A stretch of DNA of 64,000 nucleotides from Selaginella moellendorffii (Eukaryota > Plantae > Lycopodiophyta): positions 3,725,799 through 3,789,798 of the forward strand of contig NW_003314262.1 of NCBI RefSeq assembly GCF_000143415.4, read 5' to 3'. Shown piece after piece: positions 36,301 to 48,090 of this stretch. Under the pieces are notes generated by a model that ran no database searches, had not been told where the DNA came from, and saw only the letters and a list, made by a program, of their open reading frames with translations. A program made the translations under genes and the position numbers. Within the stretch, counting starts at the first letter, position 1. Every line of letters starts with the position of its first letter.

Positions 36301-39300
36301 CAGATCCTCATTAGAAAAGTTGACAAGCCTTTTCTTCAATATTGAAAATATAATTGTCTTTAAGCAGGGGCACCAAAAATCAAGAGTGCAAAGTGTGTAA
36401 ACAGTTTATGAATAAATGAAGATCCAAGATTTCCCCTTGTTCTCCAGGTAAGCCAGATTTTCTTTTCTTTCTATTCGTTCTTATTGAGTTTTTCAATTAA
36501 TTCTAGCAATATCTTCTCTGGAAGGTTTTTCTCCTCCAAATCAAAATCTAAATGGTAAAGCTTCATGTTTTGCAAATAGAGCTAGAAAACAATAGCAATG
36601 CATCAGCCTTCATGGTTTCAGGCTTTGTTGGACATCAAGAACATCCCTGCAAGGTGCCATTCAGCCAAGAATGCAGAGATGATCAAGGGACTTGCAACCA
36701 CACAAACACTTTGCAGATCTCTGTCCTAGGCCACTTTTCCACACTCAAAGTGTGCAATGTGAAGTGGCTCATCGATACATCACATTTATCATCAATAATA
36801 ACCTAATCTTGTATTTCCATGCCAGTTCTAGTGCCAAGGAGAGTTTGTTGGTTGCATTATAGCATGATTTCTTCTTGGCAAGACACTCCCTTACTAGACA
36901 TATAATTATCTTATTTTCATTGAATAGATCTTGACATGATAAATGTAGATAATTGCCATGGCAATAGAAAAAAATTGATTGTTGTCCCCTTTTTTATTCT
37001 GTCCTAGTGAATTTAATTTTTTTCTGGCAGTCCCTGGCCATAAAACAATTATAAGTAAATATGCAACTAAATATGAAACTAAATGTCCAAATTATGTAAA
37101 TATAATATGCAACTAACTTATGAAGAATCTAAAGTTATTTTAGCATCTAAAAAACAAACGGATAAAAAACTTTAAGTTCTAACTTAATATCCCAATATAA
37201 AAATCTTAATGTTCACATATTTAGCACAGATATTGATTTTAGGTTTAGGGCTGTGCCGTGGGCTATACCTTTTAGAAGGATTCAGACAGATAGTTTAGAT
37301 GAGGTGGCATGCCACGTGGCATACATTTTCTACAATATGCAGCCCATGTGGCACACTTTATGTACTCAAAACATGCCACGTGGCAAACCCTTACCTTTGG
37401 ATGCCACGTTGCCACATTATCCTTGCTAGGGTTTTTGATTTCTCTTGCCTGGATTAGGTTGCTGAGCACCATGAGCAAGCCTTTGCTAAGGTATACTGGC
37501 TAGTAGTGGATTAGCTTTGGAGGTATCTTAATTTTCTTAATTGCTTCTCAGCGTTTAGGGTTTAAGGTTTAAGCTCGGGATGATGCATATGATGGCATGG
37601 AATGAGCAGGGGGTGAACCATGAGGAGTTTAGGTGGGAACCCTAAATGCTAAATTGCAAGATGGTGAGCATGCGTCTTTAAACAATTGAAGTAGATGTGT
37701 TTTAAATGCATATATCTTGCCTAGTTATATCTTCTCTTTTGGGAGGTATACCTTTCCTCTAATACCTGCAATCACATATTGCTTGCCAAATATATTTTCA
37801 TTACACACGTAAAACTTTATAAGTTTATATAGAATAATTAGTTTAGATCACATTAAATCACATAATCTATTTTCATGTTTATTGCCGCTACCTATAATAT
37901 AAATTTCTAAGCATAGATCATATTCAATTTTGACAAATTTTTATGAATATCACCATCCACCACTATATAATAATACTAGAAATCTAAGAAATAATGACCT
38001 GTGCCGATTTAGTTTGGTTGTAACATTTAAGCTAAACATAGGTTACAATTAAGTAAATGCATTTGCCTAACTCCCGCTGATGCATTAAAATCTTAAAATC
38101 TTCTCTATCATTCGGTTGCATTCGTGCAATTCGGGCCACCTTGCGAGGCTGAGCAAACGGTGACGAAATGTTCTCGTCCTGAGCCTGATCGACTTGGGGC
38201 TGCTGCAGATGCTCAAGCTCTCCTTGGCACTGGAGTTTACAGTAAAGCGAGCTTTGTGCAGGACCCTCCTGCAGTGGCGGCTACTGAGTTTGGTTGCACG
38301 GAGATACAAGATCGGGTTTCTGTTGATTCTAAATGTCTCCAACCCCTATGTATCGATGACCCGTTTCGCATCGCATACCTTGATTGCCAAAAGGCGGCCT
38401 GCGACTAAGATCTGCAAAGTGTTCATGTGGTTGCAAGTTCCATGATCGTCTCTGCATTCTTGGCTGAGTGGCACCTTTCACTCGATGCAGAACAGGTTCT
38501 TCCTGGGTGTGGAACTGGAGTGGCGTTGGAGGATAATTTAGGTAACCTGGGGCACGACTTCTTGGGCAGCCATGAATTTGCCGAGCATCGGCTATGGCAG
38601 CGCGAGGAGTCCCCAGACTAGATGCTCACGAGGCGCCTCCCAATCAAGGACATCCTGGCGGCGGTCCACCCTGGAGGAGAGATTGATCCAAAGCTGGAGA
38701 CCACGCTGTACACCAGTGCTATCGCAGTGCACAATGCCTCGCGCCAGCAGTCATCCAATAGAAGAAACTATCGTGATAAAGCAAGAAAAGAAAATCAGAG
38801 AGATTTAGCAAACCTTTAAGTCAACCAGCTTAAATAGTGCCTGTAGCTGGGCGGGCTTGCGCTTGATGGAGGCATAGATCGCGACTGACCATTCTGGAAC
38901 TGCCTTGGAGGCCGACCGGGCTTGCGCTTGGGAGGCATCATTTCTGGAGCTGGCCCCTTGCGAATTCCTGGCGGGAATCACGGCGCTTTGAAATAAAACC
39001 CTGGAGGAACTTCATTTGCATGAATCACCGGAGCGATGGCGCGTAAAGAAGCGATGGTGAGGGTTTCTCAGAGTGAAGGATCGATAAAGAGTCTGGACGC
39101 GCTGCAAGCTATTTGGTTTTCTTTTGGTCTATAAGCGAGAAAGAGTTCCAAAGATGGAGGATAATTTAGGTACCTGGGGCACGAGTTCTCGTCGTGGGAG
39201 CCGAGCATCTGCTATGGCAGCGCAGGACTCCCCAGAATCGTCAACCAAGAATCGTCACCAGGCGCCTCCCAATCAAGGTCATCGTGGCGGCGCTCCAGCG

Positions 39301-39934
39301 GCCCCCGGGCCTCGTCCGCGAGGCGGTGGAGCTTTTCTTCCGCCGAGCTCTCCCAGAAGCCCGCCAGCTCCATGCGACGTCGTGCTCCACACCACGCTGC
39401 TCAACATGTACGTGGCCGGGTTAAGGCCCAGAAGCTCTTCGACCAGACGCTCGAGCCCAACAACATCACCTTCTCGGCCTACGCTAGAAACGGCCACTTT
39501 GGCATGGAGCATCGAACAGGACGGCTACAAGCCCGACAGCGTCACCTTCACGCACGTCCTCTACGCTTGCAGCCATGGCGGCTTCGTGGACCTTACAGCG
39601 ACGCTGGGAAGTGGAACATGGCCGCCAAGGTCCACAAGTTGATATCAGCGTGACCGGGGAATAAAGAAGCCCGGCAGCAGGAGCTGGATCGAGATCAATG
39701 GCAAGATGAACGAGCTAATCGTAAGCTATTCCTGGCACCTGTAACTAGATCTACCAGAGAAGTGATGAAACAATACGTCTACATACCTGATACAAAGAAA
39801 AGGCTGCATGACGCCGAAGAGGATGAGAAGCAAGATATTCTCTACTTGCATAGCTAGAAGCTGGCCATGGGGCAAACTCCTCCAAAGGCGACCATCAGAT
39901 TGATTGTTATTATTTATGTGAGTAATTCTGTTAC

Positions 39935-40750
39935 TTAGCACTGATTATCATTTTTAATATAGTCCACCTCTCCAGAGAAGTAGCTGGCTATGGTGTCCCA
40001 CGGATTTGGAAGACTATCATTGGTCACATAAACCCAGCCCACATTCTGCTGGTAAGCACGATCAATAACATCTCCATAGTCAAAGCTTGACACATTCACA
40101 TCCGTGACATTGTAGAACAGGGCATAAAAGTTATACCTCGAATACTTGCTCGTCCAGGAACTCTGAGTCATAGACAGCCCACCAACACCGCTCTCAAAAA
40201 TACAAATCACATCGGCTACCCGAGAACCATTATAGAAGAGGTATGTCTCCAGGGTTGGAGCTCCGGGATTATTAACCACTAGAGAGCTCGAATTCTTGGA
40301 CTTCACGTAGTTGTAGAGGCTTTGATAGTAAGGCTGCTTCCCGTCTGTGTTGGCAACTTCGTCGAAGAAAATTCCATTGATAGTTGGATAGAAGCGGTAC
40401 CACGTATCGACGTCGTCTTGGACCAAATTGGAAGCTCTGTTGCTGTAATTAGTCGAGACATAGCCGATAACCAGGCCTGTTTGGCGCTGGAGGGCCGTAA
40501 TAACATTCTGGTAGCTTGATTGAGCTGCAGAGCCTGGACCATTGGACGGATTTGCGATTGCTACGATCCGGTTTGGTAGCGTGGTGGCAGCAGAATTGAG
40601 AGAAGACCATGCCTGGGAATTTGAAGAAGGATCGAAGTAGGCCGGTACCATGATCCTCATTTTTTCACATCTTTGGGACCACACTAACTGGCATGCAAGG
40701 CTGAGCACCTGGAAGAACAAGAGAGCAAGAGAAAGCATTTTCCTATTCAT
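39935..40750 (-). CDS. Spherulin-4 / GH135-like secreted protein, copy 2
   Basis: Same motifs as copy 1; one amino-acid difference (DPT to DPS) plus silent changes. Confidence 0.88.
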   Translation of the reverse strand: MNRKMLSLALLFFQVLSLACQLVWSQRCEKMRIMVPAYFDPSSNSQAWSSLNSAATTLPNRIVAIANPSNGPGSAAQSSYQNVITALQRQTGLVIGYVSTNYSNRASNLVQDDVDTWYRFYPTINGIFFDEVANTDGKQPYYQSLYNYVKSKNSSSLVVNNPGAPTLETYLFYNGSRVADVICIFESGVGGLSMTQSSWTSKYSRYNFYALFYNVTDVNVSSFDYGDVIDRAYQQNVGWVYVTNDSLPNPWDTIASYFSGEVDYIKNDNQC

Positions 40751-43700
40751 GATCTTCAGGTTTTTCCTGAACAATGAGCTTCAAGATCAGGGTAAGATGG
40801 CTTAAGAACTCGATACTGAGTAGTTTCAAGCAGGACAGCTGTCATTGAACTTATGGCTCAAGTTAAGTAAGATCAACGGCAACTTCTTAAGTCAAAGCTC
40901 GTTATGTAACCAAGACCAAACTTCGCAGCGAACATGATAGCTACACAACATCGACGTACCAGCAGTTCATGCATTGCTAGCAAAACACAATAAAAACACC
41001 ATAGAGAGAAAAGGAAATGCATCACCTTGCCAGTAGCTCAACTACAGATGGATCAAAGCCCATACTAAAAGAATTCTCCGGAACATAGCCTGGCAGCCGG
41101 AACCTTGAAGAAAACTACGGTACAACCGAGAAAGATCCTTCAGCGTTTCTGATTCTCCATCTTGAGGGCTGGTGCTCTCCTATTCTCCACCGCGGCGGCA
41201 GCCTCGTTGGTGGCATCGCTCGCTCGCCACAATCAAATTCACGGTGATGAGATTTGGTTGCCAGGTACGCCGTCAGATAATCTTGAATCCACAAATGCGA
41301 TTGCGGCATACCTTCCATCCAGAGGGAAGCTTCCCTGGTCCCACAAATTTGGGTCCCACAAATGGCTCAATGTCCTAGTCATAGGCGTCAGCCGCCATGT
41401 CAGATCCTCATTAGAAAAGTTGACAAGCCTTTTCTTCAATATTGAAAATATAATTGTCTTTAAGCAGGGGCACCAAAGATCAAGAGTGCAAAGTGTGTAA
41501 ACAGTTTATGAATAAATGAAGATCCAAGATTTCTCCAGGTAAGCCAGATTTTCTTTTCTTTCTATTCGTTCTTATTGAGTTTTTCAATTAATTCTAGCAA
41601 TATCTTCTCTGGAAGGTTTTTCTCCTCCGAATCAAAATCTAAATGGTAAAGCTTCATGTTTTGCAAATAGAGCTAGAAAACAATAGCAATGCATCAGCCG
41701 TCATGGTTTCAGGCTTTGTTGGACATCAAGAACATCCCTAGGTGTTGTTCTGCATTGAGTGCAAGGTGCCATTCAGCCAAGAATGCAGAGATGATCAAGG
41801 GACTTGCAACCACACAAACACTTTGCAGATCTCTGTCCTAGGCCACTTTTCCACACTCAAAGTGTGCAATGTGAAGTGGCTCATCGATACATCACATTTA
41901 TCATCAATCTTGTATTTCCATGCCAGTCTAGTGCCAAGGAGAGTTTGTTGGTTGCATTATAGCATGATTTCTTCTTGGCAAGACACTCCCTTACTAGACA
42001 TATAATTATCTTATTTTCATTGAATAGATCTTGACATGATAAATGTAGATAATTGCCATGGCAATAGAAAAAAATTGATTGTTGTCCCCTTTTTTATTCT
42101 GTCCTAGTGAATTTAATTTTTTTCTGGCAGTCCCTGGCCATAAAACAATTATAAGTAAATATGCAACTAAATATGAAACTAAATGTCCAAATTATGCAAC
42201 TAAATGCCCATATAGCTTTTGTCTTTCTTATATTTTAGCATCTAAAAAACAAACGGATAAAAAACTTTAAGTTCTAACTTAATATCCCAATATAAAAAAC
42301 TTAATGTTCACATATTTAGCACAGATATTGTTTAGGTTTAGGGCTTGTGCCGTGGGCTATACCTTTTAGAAGGATTCAGACAGATAGTTTAGATGAGGTG
42401 GCATGCCACGTGGCATACATTTTCTACAATATGCAGCCCATGTGGCACACTTTATGTACTCAAAACATACCACGTGGCAAACCCTTACTTTTGGATGCCA
42501 CGTTGGCATCTTGGAGCTTAAACCTTAAACCCTAAACGCTGAGAAGCAATTAAGAAAATTAAGATACCTCCAAAGCTAATCCACTACTAGTTATGTGGAC
42601 CAGTATACCTTAGCAAAGGCTTGCTCATGGTGCTCAGCAACCTAATCCAGGCAAGAGAAATCAAAAACCCTAGCAAGGATAATGTGGCAAAGAATGAGCG
42701 GGGATGATGCATATGATGGCATGGAATGAGCAGGGGGTGAACCATGAGGAGTTTAGGTGGGAACCCTAAATGCTAAATTGCAAGATGGTGAGCATGCGTC
42801 TTTAAACAATTGAAGTAGATGTGTTTTAAATGCATATATCTTGCCTAGTTATACCTTCTCTTTTGGGAGGTATACCTTTCCTCTACCAAATATATTTTCA
42901 TTACACACGTAGAACTTTATAAGTTTATATAGAATAATTAGTTTTGATCACATTAAATCACATAATCTATTTTCATGTTTATTGCCGCTACCTATAATAT
43001 AAATTTCTAAGCATAGATCATATTCAATTTTGACATTTTTTTATCAATATCACCATCCACCACTATATAATAATACTAGAAATCTAAGAAATAATGACCT
43101 GTGTTTGGTTGTAATATTTAAGCTAAACATAGGTTACAATTAAGTAAATGCATTTGCCTAACTCCCGCTGATGCATTAAAATCTTAAAATCTTCTCTATC
43201 ATTCGGTTGCATTCGTGCAATTCGGGCCACCTTGCGAGGCTGAGCAAACGGTGACGAAATGTTCTCGTCCTGAGTCTGATCGACTTGGGGCTGCTGCAGA
43301 TGCTCAAGCTCTCCTTGGCACTGGAGTTTACAGTAAAGCGAGCTTTGTGCAGGACCCTCCTGCAGTGGCGGCTACTGAGTTTGGTTGCACGGAGATACAA
43401 GATCGGGTTTCTGTTGATTCTAAATGTCTCCAACCCCTATGTATCGATGACCCGTTTCGCATCGCATACCTTGATTGCCAAAAGGCGGCCTGCGACTAAG
43501 ATCTGCAAAGTGTTCATGTGGTTGCAAGTTCCATGATCGTCTCTGCATTCTTGGCTGAGTGGCACCTTTCACTCGATGCAGAACAGGTTCTTCCTGGGTG
43601 TGGAACTGGAGTGGCGTTGGAGGATAATTTAGGTAACCTGGGGCACGAGTTCTTGGGCAGCCATGAATTTGCCGAGCATCGGCTATGGCAGCGCAGGAGT

Positions 43701-44984
43701 CCCCAGTCTAGATGCTCACGAGGCGCCTCCCAATCAAGGACATCCTGGCGGCGGTCCACCCTGGAGGAGAGATTGATCCAAAGCTGGAGACCACGCTGAA
43801 CACCAGTGCTATCGCAGTGCACAATGCCTCGCGCCAGCAGTCATCCAATAGAAGAAACTATCGTGATAAAGCAAGAAAAGAAAATCAGAGAGATTTAGTA
43901 AACCTTTAAGTCAACCAGCTTAAATAGTGGCTTGCGCTTGATGGAGGCATAGATCGCGACTGACCATTCTGGAACTGCCTTGGAGGCCGACCGGGCTTGC
44001 GCTTGGGAGGCATCATTTCTGGAGCTGGCCCCTTGCGAATTCCTGGCGGGAATCACGGCGCTTTGAAATAAAACCCTGGAGGAACTTGACATGGGGCATT
44101 TGCATGAATCACCGGAGCGATGGCGCGTAAAGAAGCGATGGTGAGGGTTTCTCAGAGTGAAGGATCGATAAAGAGTCTGGACGCGCTGCAAGCTATTTGG
44201 TTTTCTTTTGGTCTATAAGCGAGAAAGAGTTTCAAAGATGGAGGATAATTTAGGTACCTGGGGCACGAGTTCTCGTCGTGGGAGCCGAGCATCTGCTATG
44301 GCAGCGCAGGACTCCCCAGAATCGTCAACCAAGAATCGTCACCAGGCGCCTCCCAATCAAGGTCATCCTGGCGGCGCTCCAGCGGCCCCCGGGCCTCGTC
44401 CGCGAGGCGGTGGAGCTTTTCTTCCACCGCTGCGCCGCCGAGCTCTCCCAGAAGCCCGCCAGCTCCATGCGACGTCGTGCTCCACACCACGCTGGCTGCT
44501 CAACATGTACGTGGCCGGGTTAAGGCCCAGAAGCTCTTCGACCAGACGCTCGAGCCCAACAACATCACCTTCTCGGCCTACGCTAGAAACGGCCACTTTG
44601 GCATGGAGCATCGAACAGGACGGCTACAAGCCCGACAGCGTCACCTTCACGCACGTCCTCTACGCTTGCAGCCATGGCGGCTTCGTGGACCTTACAGCGA
44701 CGCTGGGAAGTGGAACATGGCCGCCAAGGTCCACAAGTTGATATAAGCGTGACCGGGGAATAAAGAAGCCCGGCAGCAGGAGCTGGATCGAGATCAATGG
44801 CAAGATGAACGAGTTCATCGTAAACGATTCCTGGCACACGTACCTCGCCCAGATCCGCTAGAGAAGTGATGAAACAATAGCAAGATATTCTCTACTTCCA
44901 TAGCTAGAAGCTGGCCATGGGGCAAACTCCTCCAAAGGCGACCATCAGATTGATTGTTATTATTTATGTGAGTAATTCTGTTAC

Positions 44985-45800
44985 TTAGCACTGATTATCA
45001 TTTTTAATATAGTCCACCTCTCCAGAGAAGTAGCTGGCTATGGTGTCCCACGGATTTGGAAGACTATCATTGGTCACATAAACCCAGCCCACATTCTGCT
45101 GGTAAGCACGATCAATAACATCTCCATAGTCAAAGCTTGACACATTCACATCCGTGACATTGTAGAACAGGGCATAAAAGTTATACCTCGAATAATTGCT
45201 CGTCCAGGAACTCTGAGTCATAGACAGCCCACCAACACCGCTCTCAAAAATACAAATCACATCGGCTACCCGAGAACCATTATAGAAGAGGTATGTCTCC
45301 AGGGTTGGAGCTCCGGGATTATTAACCACTAGAGAGCTCGAATTCTTGGACTTCACGTAGTTGTAGAGGCTTTGATAGTAAGGCTGCTTCCCGTCTGTGT
45401 TGGCAACTTCGTCGAAGAAAATTCCATTGATAGTTGGATAGAAGCGGTACCACGTATCGACGTCGTCTTGGACCAAATTGGAAGCTCTGTTGCTGTAATT
45501 AGTCGAGACATAGCCGATAACCAGGCCTGTTTGGCGCTGGAGGGCCGTAATAACATTCTGGTAGCTTGATTGAGCTGCAGAGCCTGGACCATTGGACGGA
45601 TTTGCGATTGCTACGATCCGGTTTGGTAGCGTGGTGGCAGCAGAATTGAGAGAAGACCATGCCTGGGAATTTGAAGAAGGATCGAAGTAGGCCGGTACCA
45701 TGATCCTCATTTGTTCACAGCTTTGGGACCACACTAACTGGCATGCAAGGCTGAGCACCTGAAAGAACAAGAGAGCAAGAGAAAGCATTTTCCTATTCAT
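44985..45800 (-). CDS. Spherulin-4 / GH135-like secreted protein, copy 3
   Basis: Same motifs; differs from copy 2 at QRCEK to QSCEQ and SKY to SNY. Confidence 0.88.
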   Translation of the reverse strand: MNRKMLSLALLFFQVLSLACQLVWSQSCEQMRIMVPAYFDPSSNSQAWSSLNSAATTLPNRIVAIANPSNGPGSAAQSSYQNVITALQRQTGLVIGYVSTNYSNRASNLVQDDVDTWYRFYPTINGIFFDEVANTDGKQPYYQSLYNYVKSKNSSSLVVNNPGAPTLETYLFYNGSRVADVICIFESGVGGLSMTQSSWTSNYSRYNFYALFYNVTDVNVSSFDYGDVIDRAYQQNVGWVYVTNDSLPNPWDTIASYFSGEVDYIKNDNQC

Positions 45801-46675
45801 GATCTTCAGGATTTTCCTGAACAATGAGCTTCAAGATCAGGGTAAGATGGCTTAAGAACTCGACCACGAACTTACTGAGTAGTTTCAAGCAGGACAGCTG
45901 TCATTGAACGTATGGCTCAAGTTACGTAAGATCAACGGCAACTTTTAAGTCAGCGCTCGTTACGTAAAACCTCGTGATAGCTACACAACACGACGTAAGG
46001 AAATGGGCCAGCAGTTACTAAAAGAATTCTCCGGAACATAGCCTGGCCGCCAGAACCTTAAAAAAAACTACCATTCTCCGGGTATACCGAGAAAGATCAT
46101 TGTCGATCACATGCTCAATCTCAGCGTTTCTGGTATTCACAATGGAAAATGGTGCTTGAGAGAAAGCAAACCTTGATAGTTAAAAGCTTGGTTTATGGAA
46201 AATGGTGCATGAAATTCCCTGAAAGAAAGCAAGACTTATCTTGGTTTCAAAGAGATTGCCCGTCCTTGGTTCTGAAAGAGATTGGCTGAAGAATAGCTTG
46301 GTTTTGAGACTAACACCTTGGGAGATGATGAATCAAAGGCAGTTGAAACAGGTCGAGATAATTTGGATGAACCGCTTCAGAGTTGTATGGAAGCTCCAGA
46401 GTTGACAACAGAGTGCCAATTAGATCAAAAGCCTTTAATGGTGGTGTTCAAAGTGTCGCGAAGGTGATGTTACTGAGAAGAATAATGTGGTCTTGGGTTC
46501 GATCATATGCGGCGCCAAAGGAATAATTCCATTTGCCAAAATTATCCAGCTAGCATATTCCTTCCCAGCGGGCAATGCGCTAAAATATAGGGCACCCCGC
46601 GCCCGAGGGTTTCCCACACTGTGCCCTTTCTTTCTCTCTTCTGCCTATCGCCGCCTTTCGATCTTCTTCGCAAGG

Positions 46676-47595
46676 ATGCCGCGCAGCCGTGGCGGTGGTA
46701 TGCGCCGCGCAGTGCGATTCCAGTTCCCAGTTCTAAGCGTTTTCTTTTTTCTGGTCTTGCAGCTCGACCAGCTCCTCGCGCCCCAGCCAGGAGGGCCGCT
46801 CCGCCCCCCCAGCCCGGTAAGCGCGTGCTCGAGATTCATTCCTTTTCATCGGCATTTACGGTTTGATTGTTCTGCAGTTCATCACGCGCCAGCGCCTCCC
46901 CCGGCTCCACTTCAGGCTGGAGGCGGCGGGATGATGGGTGGTTTGGCCGGTACCATCGCCCAGGGTAAGAAAAATCTCTCTGAAAAATAGGTCACCATTA
47001 CCTTTAGAAAAAAGAAAAAGACTCCGTTTTTTTCTTCTCTCTCTCTCTCTCTCCTCTAAGATCTAAGGAGATGGTTCTCTCTCTCTCTCCTTTTTTTTCT
47101 CTCTAAGATCTAAGGAGATGGTGAACTCTCGTTTTTTTTCTTCTAAGATCAAAGAACTGATTGAGATGGTGAACGTAGGTATGGCGTTTGGAACCGGCAG
47201 TGCCATCGCGCACCGCGCTGTTGACGGGGTTATGGGACCCCGCACTGTGCAGCATGAGGTTGCTGAATCTGCGGCATCGCCGGCATCGCCGGCGCTTGCT
47301 ACTGTTTCCGCTGATGCCTGCAGCAACCAGATGAAGGCTTTTCAGGACGTAAGTGAGACTAGACCCTCTTTTCTTGCATTATTTTTTTCTTTTTGGCTTT
47401 TCATCACTTTTCTTTTCTTTCTTTTTTTTTTTCCAGTGCATCAGCAGCAATGGTAGCGACATTGGTCGTTGCCAGTTCTATGTTGACATGCTGAACGAGT
47501 GTCGCAGGGCTCCTTCCTCCTCTTCAGGTATCTGTCTACCCAAAAGCGATATTTTCACTTACTGTGCTTGTGTTTTTTTACCAGTGATGCTTTGA
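46676..47595 (+). CDS. CHCHD2/CHCHD10/Mic17-like mitochondrial twin CX9C protein
   Basis: MPRSRGG Arg-rich N-terminus, GLAGTIAQGMAFGTGSAIAHRAVD and CSNQMKAFQDC...CQFYVDMLNEC. About 6 small exons. Confidence 0.9.
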
Positions 47596-47759
47596 GCAAC
47601 TCCGAACAAGTGATAATTTCATAAGCATTAGCAGCATTTGCTTGTGAACTCTAGATTTCAATCTATGTTGTCCTATGTTATGATCTTTTAAACTTTGAAG
47701 AAAGTCCTTGTTGAGCTAAACGACTGATGGTTTCCAGAAATCCATAAAATCCAGGTCTG

Positions 47760-48090
47760 CGATGCCGCGCAAGCCAGCAGCAATACTTGGGTTCCTCGCT
47801 TTGGATCATCGGGCTGGCCTCGATCACCTCCTCTCCTTGTCGACTATAGCCAGCCAAGAAGGCCAGGAGATTCTTGGTGGCTACGGGGATTCCAAGCGAA
47901 ATCTCGTCGTCATTCCCGATGTAGCCGTGGACCCGCATCTCAACCAGAGTTCCAGCGAGGAAGAGTCACAGCCAAGCTTGGAGTGCAAATCCCTCTCGCC
48001 GGGATCTCTAGAGGCCAGAAGCTCCGCAAGCCATGGCAGCCGCAGTGAAAGTGTGGTGATCGGGCGTGGGACAAGCTCCGGTGGTGGTCA
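47760..48090 (-). pseudogene. Degraded PPR-like fragment
   Basis: Minus strand gives PDHHTFTAAAMACG, LAGTLVEM and LAGYSRQG pieces broken by stops and frameshifts. Confidence 0.4.

Larger units (their letters stand above)
32330..46133. repeat. Tandem segmental array, about 2.7 units of about 5.1 kb
   Basis: Equivalent positions 34844, 39935 and 44985 give periods of 5091 and 5050 bp. The ORF track repeats in register. Units differ by small indels and one inversion. Confidence 0.95.

Noticed and set aside
37238-37575. Interstitial telomere
   Set aside because: Only 2-3 imperfect TTTAGGG-like units; better regarded as telobox-like motifs.
34844-45824. Bacterial contamination or haplotype mis-assembly as the source of the GH135 copies
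   Set aside because: Each copy is joined to DNA derived from the adjacent plant TBC gene and PPR fragments, and the units differ by private indels, a hAT end and an inversion. Long reads would still be the definitive test.
27202-46133. hAT element as the cause of the tandem array
   Set aside because: The duplicated copies of its target site are empty and footprint-free, implying the insertion came later or on another haplotype.
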